Shown: positions 55,050-64,000 of the stretch, piece after piece | Layout of the letters: each line of letters opens with the position of its first letter | How positions within the stretch are numbered: the stretch's first letter is position 1 | Origin: the human T2T-CHM13v2.0 reference genome, Homo sapiens | Direction: 5' to 3' (one strand) | DNA: 64,000 bases | Assembly (NCBI RefSeq): GCF_009914755.1 | Contig: NC_060939.1 | The notes under the pieces: model-generated | Told to the model about the DNA's origin: nothing | Seen by the model: only the letters and a program-made list of their open reading frames with translations | Database searches by the model: none | Position numbers and translations under genes: made by a program

Positions 55050-56720
55050 AATCTTAATACTGTTTTAAACCTACTTTCCAGGTAAATAATCATTCATGTT
55101 TTATAATGTTTCTATTGAATTTCTTTACGTGAGTGAGCACAGCATGGTTTACTCAGCCTATCTCCTGCCACTGGACATTTATGTATTGCCAGTATTTTCA
55201 CATGACAAACTACAATTAAGATATTTATAGACACTTATTGAGCACATCTTTAATTATTTACTTAGAGTTGATGATGAAAATCTTGGGGTGTTCATATTTT
55301 TAGGGTTCTTGATCTACATTGTCAAGTTGAACTCAGAAAGGCTGGAGCCATTTATTTGTTCACAGGCAGCATATAACCTGCCCACTTCTTTTTAAATCTC
55401 CCTTCTTTAGTCCATAAATTTAGCATAATCCAACTCAAAATTCTAAGGGAATATTTGAAATAATTTTACCAAATAACCTTGAAGTTCATCTGAAAACTAA
55501 GCATGCAAAAATGTCCACAAAATGGTAGGACTTACCCTGCTGGATGTTAAAATTTATTACCAAACTTCGAAAAATCTGAACAACTACAAGCCAGCACCAG
55601 AATCAACTGATCAGAATAAAAATTATAAAAATTAGACTAGCACCTGTATGTGTGTTTATGTGCAAATCTCCAAAAATGCTAAAAATGGAATTTCATATTG
55701 ATAGGGGCAACGATGGATTAGTCAAAAAGTAACATCAGGACAATTGCATAAGGAGAGAATTAATCAAGATCTCTCTTCAAACTTAAAACAAAAAAAGACA
55801 AAAATGTTAAAATTAAAAGTAGAATTAAGACAAAAACATAAAACATAGGTGAATTTATATAATTCTGAGGTAGGGAAGGCCTACCTTCTAAGCCTGGCAC
55901 TAACAGCAGAAATTACAAACAAAATAGTTAATAGATTTGTATTTCGTAAACATGTAAAGAACCATAAAGTAATTTTTAAAACAATTGAAAAAAATAAGAA
56001 GTATATTTGTAAAAGACATGTCAGGCAAAGATTTAGTACACACAATATGCTAAAAGCTTCTACAATTAATAAGGAAAATATAAAATATTGACAAACTATC
56101 AGCTTGCAAATGAAAACAAATTTCTTTCATATTTTAAGAAATAAAACATTTATATTTTCTCTTTGTCATATTTGTTGCTGTAAATGTATAGTCAACTATT
56201 TTAATTCTCCTTTAATTTTTCATTGTTTCTTATGTAAAATATTTTTGTCCTAGAGGTATAATTCATTGAGCTTTAACTTTGTGACTTCAATTTTTTCTAG
56301 AAATTTGATGATCAATTAGATTTTCTGGGAACTTTTGACAATATTTGTTTTCTATAGTTTCTATAATTTGATTTTTATAATTTAACTCTTTAATATATTT
56401 GTAATTTATTTTGTATGCTATAAGATGTGGAGCTAATTTTATTTAACATTTAATGGTTCTAAAATAATGCATTAGATGTTTATTCTTTTCCTAATTTTTA
56501 TATTATATAATGATAGACATTCATTTATGTATTCAACACCAATTATTGAGAATTTTGGTGGGCTGTGTGGTTGCTTTGTTAGCATAACAATTTTAATTGT
56601 TATAGCTTTAAAACATTTTTATATCTAGTAGTACTATCAACCTCAAGGGTAACTCCTTTTACATTTTTTAGTATATCTATATTCACTCTGTTTTCCTAAA
56701 TCAATTTTGTGAATTTCCAA
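55050..56720. mobile_element. Degraded L1M/L1ME fragments in both orientations
   Basis: A-rich block 55410-56090 and T-rich flanks with L1 remnants. Confidence 0.5.
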
Positions 56721-56970
56721 AAGGTCTTGCTATAGAAGTATTATAGATGTGAGTATAGATGAAAGTGTAGATGCATATTCATAGCTGGAGCATATTTGTT
56801 AAATGGATGGATAATTTGGTGCGGAGAAATAGGTTAAAATTCAAAGAACATAAGGCAAAACTTATTTGATGATGTTCCAGTTAGCATCATGGGCACACCA
56901 GATGGATCAGCCTTGGAGATAATGCATACAATATCTTCTGATCAGGAGAGAAGGAACTGAGGAAGTGGGG

Positions 56971-57348
56971 TGTATTAGTCCATTCTCATGTTGCTGCAAA
57001 GCTACTACCTGAGACTGGGTAACTTATAAAAGAAATAGATTTAATTGACTCACAGTTCAGCATGGCTGGGGAGGCCTCCAGAAACTCACAATCATGGCAG
57101 AAAGGGAAACAAACACGTTCTTCTTCACAGGGCGGCAGGAAGGAGGATGAATGAGTACCCAGTGAAGGGGGAAGCCCCTTATAAAACCATCAGATATCAT
57201 GAGAACTAACTCACTATCACGAGAACAGGATGAGGGTAGCCGCCCATGATTTGATTTTTCTCCACCTGGTCCCTCCCACGACATGTGGGGATTACGGGAA
57301 CTACAATTCAAGATGAGATTTTGGTGGGGACGCAGGCAAACCATATCA
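56971..57348 (-). mobile_element. THE1C/D MaLR solo LTR
   Basis: 'tgtattagtccattctca...tttaattgactcacagttc...ccttataaaaccatcagat...caaaccatatca'; TSD (t/g)gggg. Confidence 0.92.
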
Positions 57349-59353
57349 GGGGGAAACAGACCTGTGGTTGCCAGAGGAGGCCACCTCTGAGAAGGCATCC
57401 TTCCCAGAGAACGAAGATGCTCAGCAGAATGCAGAAGAAACTGGTTCCAATGGAAAGATTGTCAAAGAAAATGGTGTCACAAAAGGGAACTTTTGCAGAG
57501 ATCTGTTGGGGGAAGAAATAGGAAGGAAAGAGCAATCTCTTTGCAAAGAATGCACACCTGAAATGATCTGGCAAGTGCACGGTGGTATTAGAGAGAAGGT
57601 GGAGATTATCCCACAGGGAGGTATGACCTCGATTTTATGGTTATATAACATTTCAATAATGCATGTGCATGCTGCACTCTAAGAACAAACATTCCTTATC
57701 TCCAATGTAAACCTAGAGTGCTGGTTACTGCACACCATCTTTTGGGTATATCTTGGCTTAATGAACATGCCCCTAGGAAAGATGTAGGGTAAATGCTGAG
57801 ATTGCCACAGGCGACTTTCTTCTCACTAGGAGTGGAATTCTATGAGCAAAAGTAGAGAAAAAAAGGAGGTCAGGAAAAAGTGGAGAATAAGGGAAGGTGA
57901 CAACAAGCTCTGAGCTTCTCTTCTAGAGCTCTGTTCTGAGACATGATCTCATGCGTTTTCGTAATATTCTTATAAGATGAGTAAGAAGCAGTTATCACCA
58001 CCTGAACTTGACAGAGAGGAGAGTGGTTCCATAGAGATTAGAATCCCTCTCTTAAGAGGTGGCAATTTGTTAATATAATCGGGAATATAACAAGGTGGTT
58101 TAGTAGCCTCCTGGGTCTACACAGTCTTAAAGAGAGGTGTTGTTATTTTTAAATAAAATGGACTATCATCATTGACACAAGACAGTGAGATATTTTACTA
58201 ATTTAATTGATTTTCTTGCTCTCACTGAATCGAATTAATTTATTTGCACATGTTGACAGAGACCCAGAAAAAAAGCTGTAACCATCAGTCAGCACAGCCT
58301 CATTTCAGGATGAAAAGTGGTTTCAGCTCATGGCTCAGTGCCTGGGAAGGAAATGTGAATCCCCGCTCAGAGGAAGGTGTGCTTCATCCAGCAGCAGGAG
58401 CTGCTTTGGGGCTTATTATTCAAATTTGGCAGAATGGAGGATGGTCTGGCAAAGGGGCCAGGTTTATAGATGAAAGAGCCTATGGTCAAGTGATTGGAGA
58501 TGGGAGAATTTGCTGTGTTTTGGGCAGAAAGTCTGGCTGCAGCCTCCCCTCGGCACCTTGCCCATTGGAACAATGATGGAGATCCGCCAAGAGGATCACA
58601 GCAGACTGGCTTGCTCATACAGCCTGGCTTACGGGTGTGCACTACAGAACATTCACCCTGATCTCAATAGTGGAGCATGTGGTGGTGGGGGTGCTGAGAA
58701 AGCCCACATCAATACCTTTATTAAGGCTCTTAGCACTTCTGCAGCTGAACAACATTTAACATGTACATACTCCTAACATTCAATACATTCAATTTGGAAA
58801 TGTAACCTTTGGTGATGGAGGAGAATGTGAGTCTCTTTATCACCACCCCCAAAATCCAAGGGCTCTAGTGTCAGGGACTGGCAGATTTCCCAAAGCATTG
58901 GAATTTTTCCCCCTCAAAGAAAAGCACAGCTGAGATTTTAACTATATGTTAGCTGGGGAGTCTAAATTAAATGGAGAAGGTTTGAGTGTTTTGAAGAAAG
59001 GATAAGTTTTCCTTTATTTTCTTTTTCCTTTCATATTTTTTCACCAGCAGCACTGATGTGGCACTCAGCTATTTGGCAAGCCAAACTGCCCCCCTGAGGT
59101 GATAGTTACCAAGGTGCTTTGCCCATAATTGCCACCCGATAAAGGCTTGACTGGTTGATCATTTAATTACATGCTGTGTATTTCTTGACTTTCTTCCAGA
59201 ATCAAGCAGATTTATAGCAGACCCAACACCACAGTAGGTCAACATTAGGGGCTAATCAATTCTAGTATTTGTGCAGTGCTGTTCTCTTAACAAAGCGTAC
59301 TCGTTCTCATCTAATTCCTTATTCCACACATGACGACTCTGGAGACCATTAAT

Positions 59354-59570
59354 CAGGGCTCAACAGACTTGATCTGTAAAGGTCCAGATTGTAAATACTT
59401 TAGGCTTGTGGGCCAAATACTCTCTGTTTCAACAACTCAGCTCTACCACTGTCATGTGAAAGCAGCCCTAGACAATAGGTAAATGAATGGCTGTGACTGT
59501 GTTCCAATAAAACTTTATTTATAAAAACAGGTATTGAGCTAGCTTTGACCATGAGCCATAGTGTGCCCTG
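59354..59570. mobile_element. MER58A hAT-Charlie MITE
   Basis: 'gtaaatactttaggcttgtgggcc...ctgtgttccaataaaactttattt'. Confidence 0.85.
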
Positions 59571-60071
59571 GAGTCACTGATAACCTGACATTGCCCATTA
59601 AAGATCGAATGCCCAATGAAACTATATCTTGTTTCTTTAATTCCGCCTACACCATAACTCATTTTTAAAGGATTTTTTCTTTTTTTACTTCTAGTTTTAG
59701 ATTCAACTGTAATAGTTCATAATAATCAATGTTTGGTAACAACGGTGACTCCAACCTCACTCTGTCTAGATCTAGATTGTTACCCTACCAAAGTCCTTGC
59801 CCGTTGTGCTGGTAGAAGTGAGTCATTCAAGAAATAAACTAAAGAAGGAGCAGCATGGCTCAGAGTCCCTAAGCCAAATGCTGTTGTTAAGGACTGTGAA
59901 TAGTGCAGGGTCTGCCTGCAGAGCCCCACGTGTGCCTGTGCTGTGCCTGTTGGACACCTTAGCACCCCTCCTCACATATAACCCTGCCAGACAGTCACTT
60001 GCTCTCCTTTCATTTTAGAGATGAGCAAACCCAGGCCGAGAGCAGTTAAAAGAGCTCCTCGAGGTCACCCA

Positions 60072-60224
60072 CAAGGTCATGTGCAGTTGCTCAAGGCCCC
60101 ATCCTCCGAAGGGGACCCCACATGATTGTATTAATGCTCTGCTATTGCCATTTCAAATTCTTAATAAATTTTGAACAAAGGGGTCTGTATTTCCACTGGG
60201 TTCTGCAAATCGTATTCTGTTTCC
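60072..60224. mobile_element. MER91A-like hAT-Tip100 MITE inside a minus-strand MIR (about 60005-60285)
   Basis: 'ttaatgctctgctattgccatttcaaattcttaataaattttgaacaaagggg'; MIR halves 'cattttagagatgagcaaac' and 'acacagctgataagagtggagctgggattcaaaccc' flank it. Confidence 0.75.
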
Positions 60225-61309
60225 TTGCTACACAGCTGATAAGAGTGGAGCTGGGATTCAAACCCAACTCTGTCAGGCCTTTCCTTAACTCTGTGTTCTT
60301 CTCACCATTGACCCCCAAGTGATTGCATTGAGGGAAGATTTTGTTATCACCGGCTCAGCTTCACTTGGGTGATATATTTGCCGGGGCCAGACAGAGATGT
60401 GCTCAAGGGACCAAATCCATTTGACCCATATCAAACATACAAAACTCAGCACAAAATATTGTTTAATCATGTGATCCAAAAGATCACAAGAAAGTAATTT
60501 ACATTTGTAAGGTATGTTGACTTTCATTATCTAACATAATCCCTCTCATTTCCCTATAAGTGGATGTTACTATCTCAAGTTTCAAGTGAAGAAACTGAGG
60601 CCCAGAAAAAGTTAAATAACTTGCAAAAGGGAGACAGCCAATCCAGCTGCATATCCAATTTTTCTCTCTTGAAGTGAAAAGAATCCCTTTTTCCAGGTCT
60701 CACCTCAATATCCAGGTTTGTAAGTGATTCCTGGAATGGGATATAATTATTTCCAGGTATGCAGACTCACACTAAACGTCTGCCAGTAAACAGTTAAAGA
60801 AAAGAGAAAAGTGTGCCATTTCCTTCTAAAAAAGAGCCCTGCCTCCCCCTTCATTTGTTAGGGTAGATGATGTGGCTTTCCGTCCATTGAGTGTCTCTAG
60901 GAAAGACTCAACTAGAAAAGCTCTGTGTGTACTCCAAAGGAGATGTTAAGTGGGGACCCCATAAAACTTAAGTAGAAGCAGGCATTTTTCCTGGAAAATA
61001 CTCACTCTGATGTGGCCGTACATTATGTTTTACAGTGCTGCCTCAGCAACAGCAAAAAGAAAAGCCTGCTGCCCCCAGATTCATGGCATGGATTTGCAAC
61101 CCATCAATCATGGGGAAAAATTATTTCAATAAAGCCCTCTCCACAAGTTGAAGCAAGGCTACGGTGCACTTGAGGAGTCTATAATCCAGAAACCACAGCT
61201 AGCCAACTTGTGAAAAGTAAATTCTAGGTGTTAAATATGACAGCTTCCTCCTCCCTGGGGTTCTGAGGCATTCAGATGAATTCACCAAGAATATTGGGAC
61301 TGCAGGGAC

Positions 61310-61470
61310 CACGATGTGGGAGCCCCAGCTCTACCACTTACTCGCAGTGCAATCTGAAACAAGTTACCGTTTATTGTGTTGCTTCAATTTCTTCAACTAA
61401 AACAATGCTGATCATAACAATCTCATACATTTGCTGTAGGGATAAAATAGACAATAGTAATATTTGAAAG
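61310..61470 (+). mobile_element. MIR fragment
   Basis: 'cccagctctaccacttactcgcagtg...caagttac'. Confidence 0.65.
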
Positions 61471-61594
61471 CAAAGCATAAACATTCTTTAAAAAACCTGG
61501 AGAGTAAACTGTAATAACATAACATAAATGTTGGTATTGCATTTGAGTTTCCAAACCCTGAAGGTGATCACATTAAGACTGCAGGATTACCTGC

Positions 61595-61621
<27 letters not shown>
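61595..61621. repeat. A27 homopolymer with no attached Alu/L1 body
   Basis: 27 consecutive A. Confidence 0.95.
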
Positions 61622-61625
<4 letters not shown>

Positions 61626-61634
61626 GTATAGAAT

Positions 61635-62079
61635 TAAGGAACTCAGGGTCCAAGCAAGAAAGCTATGGCACAGCCCAGAAGAGGCAACTGAAGAGAGTTT
61701 AATGAAGGGCCTATTTACAAGGGAGTGAGTAGGTTGTAGAGACCAAAGGAAGGGTAATATAAATGCCTTTGGGTTTTCAGCTGCCTGGAAGGTTCTCTTC
61801 CAGAACCTGCAGAGAGCTACTGCTAGAGGATAGGACCTTAGGCAGAACACAGCCTGTGCCAGATTATGGGATGAGGAGGATGGAAATTAACACTTGTACT
61901 CTCCTCACTCTCCTCTCACCATCTCCTGTCAGTGCCTCCCATAGGCTGAAACCAACTGGAAGCCACAGGGCAAGGGAAGCCTTGGGTGCAGTTTCTAAGA
62001 GTCTGTCTGTGGGGCAGAAAACCGGGTGGAGAAGGGTGGAGAGTTGACTTGAAGAAGCACATAGAGAACATCTGGCACA
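61635..62079 (-). mobile_element. ERVL LTR (LTR33/LTR41-like)
   Basis: 'gagagtttaatgaagggcctatttaca', 'tgcctcccataggctgaaaccaactggaagcca', ends 'catctggcaca'. Confidence 0.65.
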
Positions 62080-62721
62080 AGGGACATTAAAAAGCAGTGA
62101 CTCCCATGTTTGGCTAATTCTTCAATTTCAATGGGGATTAATATACATACTATATACATACATCCATGCAGCCTTGTACTTCGATATGCTAATTTTGAGA
62201 GCTGGCCTGAGGTTCCCCAGGTGATCTTGATGATCTTACAGATGTGGAAACACAAAAAGACGTTCATTGAGAGTGTTTCCATCCCCGGCATGCAATAGAT
62301 GTGCAACCACACATGTGCTGCAAGAATCTGATCTCTTGAAGTGCTTGCCCGACTGCCTCCCACCCAGTTCAAAACAACCAATGCTGATTGCACAGCTGCA
62401 ACGCGCAAAGCACTGTAATTAGTTTTTCTGCATGGAATTTGCTTTCCAACCCCTGCAAATATATATATATGTAAAAGATAGGGTCCACGGTACTCAAAGT
62501 TCTTTCATTTAGTAAGAATAAAGATTTTGTAAGAGTAAAATAATTTTATGAAACTTCAAAGCAGTAATAGGGGAAATGGTGTAAGAGATTACTTTGTAAG
62601 TGCAAAGTAGGACAAATTTCACTGCTGGAGAGGGATAAGAGGAAGACTTATTCACAGCAACTGGGTAGAATAGGTGACTCCTCACTATCCCCATTTCACA
62701 GATTGGCATGGTAAGGCCCAG

Positions 62722-62939
62722 CAGTGGCTGCATTGTGACTTTCATGGACCCTCCTCCATAAAAAAAATTTAAGATTATATTTTAGAATTACATTGGTAGA
62801 AAGACAAATATAATCCAGGCTGAATTATATTCACTTTTTTCTTTTGATTAAAAAAATGTAAAGCATTTGTGTGGGCTGCTAAAAGTATCATGGGCCTTAA
62901 GCACCACGCCTGCTGTGCCGAATGGAGAAGTCAGCCCTG
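62722..62939. mobile_element. ORSL-like hAT-Tip100 MITE inside a MIR
   Basis: Ends 'cagtggctgcattgtgactttcatggaccc' and 'aatggagaagtcagccctg'; internal 'aatataatccaggctg'. Confidence 0.75.
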
Positions 62940-63065
62940 AGCATTAGGTGACGTACCTCCACACACACACAGCCGGGAAGCAAAATTCTCATCAGCTGTC
63001 AGGCTCTAGAGCTATGGCTGCACCTTAGGAGAAGCTGGGTTGCTCCCTCAAATCCCCACTCTCAG

Positions 63066-63170
63066 CTGGCACCCAGACAAGTTAAGTCAGAATTTCTGAG
63101 TATGGGGACAAGGCACCAGACATCAGAGGTCCCAGGTGATCCCAATGGGTAGACAAGGTTGACAGCCATG
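63066..63170. mobile_element. MER5A1-like fragment
   Basis: 'ttaagtcagaatttctgag...tcccaggtgatcccaat...caaggttgacagcca'. Confidence 0.55.
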
Positions 63171-63865
63171 CTTGAAAGTCCTCTGTCCCACGCTTCTTCC
63201 TTCTTAAGGGAGCACAGAAGAGACTCATTTTCATATCCACCAGATGATCTCTCCTGTGACTAAGGTGAGGGTGCATATTTTATATCAATGCATACACTTC
63301 CATCATCTGCCCTTGCTATTCTCTACAGCTTTTTCTTCCCTTCTCAGGCTCTCACAACAGGGCTCCTCCCTGTCCTGGAAGAGATTTCGTGTGTTCCTGC
63401 CTTAGCTCACATGGTTTCCTAATGTGTAATTCTCCTCTCCACCTACCTGGACTCAAATCCAGCCCTACCGCAGCAGGCCTTCTGTGCCTTCTCCAGGTGA
63501 TGGATGCCTCTGAACCCGTGCACAGTCGGCCTGCTCTCAGAGCCAGGCTCAGAGAGGGCCAGCTGGCAGCAGTGCCCTGGGCTTTCCAGGAGGCTGGGCA
63601 GTGGCTCAGGGAGGCAGCACTGGCGTCTGCTTTAGGACTGGGCTTCCTTTAGGTAATATCCCAACCAACCAACACCCTCACGCCCCCACAATGAGGAGGA
63701 CTCCACTGGGCTGATCTATCCCCTCGGCCACTTTCATATTCACTTCGGTATTGTATTGCTTTTGGGTCATTTCAGATTCATTTCACCTGAATTTCAGATG
63801 TTTGGGGAAGGGAGACAGCCAAGGTATAAAATAACATTGGCCCGTATTTAAAAAGAGAGAATATA

Positions 63866-64000
63866 GGCCAGACACCATGGCTCACGCTTGTAATCCCAGC
63901 ACTTTGGGAGGCCGAAGCGGGCAGATCACCTGAGGCCAGGAGTTCAAGACCAGCCTGGCCAACATGGTGAAACCCCGTCTGTACTAAAAACTACAAAAAT
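63866..64000 (+). mobile_element. Alu left arm (cut by window end)
   Basis: 'ggccagacaccatggctcacgcttgtaatcccagcactttgggaggccga'. Confidence 0.95.

Noticed and set aside
57368-57682. Acidic, protein-like 104-aa ORF
   Set aside because: Non-ATG start, purine-rich DNA naturally yields E/K/G-rich peptides, no clear splice acceptor, not recognised
59073-59084. NFI palindrome ttggcaagccaa
   Set aside because: Half-site spacing is 2 bp rather than the required 5 bp

Overview
This is primate genomic DNA. AluY, L1PA4/5 and LTR12 are present, so it is catarrhine and most likely human. It is AT-rich, CpG-poor intronic or intergenic sequence, and by eye about half or more is interspersed repeat. I can support no intact protein-coding gene, RNA gene or CRISPR array. 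The ORF track is explained by Alu antisense frames, decayed L1 ORF2 remnants and chance ORFs. The main structure is a nested stack at 18.2-32.0 kb: an old L1MA is split by a near full-length L1PB4 (TSD and YY1-motif 5' end visible), which itself carries an LTR12F solo LTR and three Alus. The observations most worth checking are: (1) a 1.1 kb foreign cassette (L1PB1 tail + unique DNA + truncated MER47A + TSD-less Alu) replacing part of an L1MC, a possible 3' transduction; (2) a 24-nt patch in an L1 apparently copied from a site 6.8 kb away; (3) a strong CTCF site with upstream motif and abutting octamer; (4) a minus-strand T27-GCAG|GTAAT recursive-splice-like site; (5) several candidate enhancers and non-B DNA motifs. 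I see no convincing evidence of a new biological system. Repeat subfamily names come from recalled consensus sequences, boundaries of old repeats are approximate, and all need RepeatMasker/Dfam confirmation.
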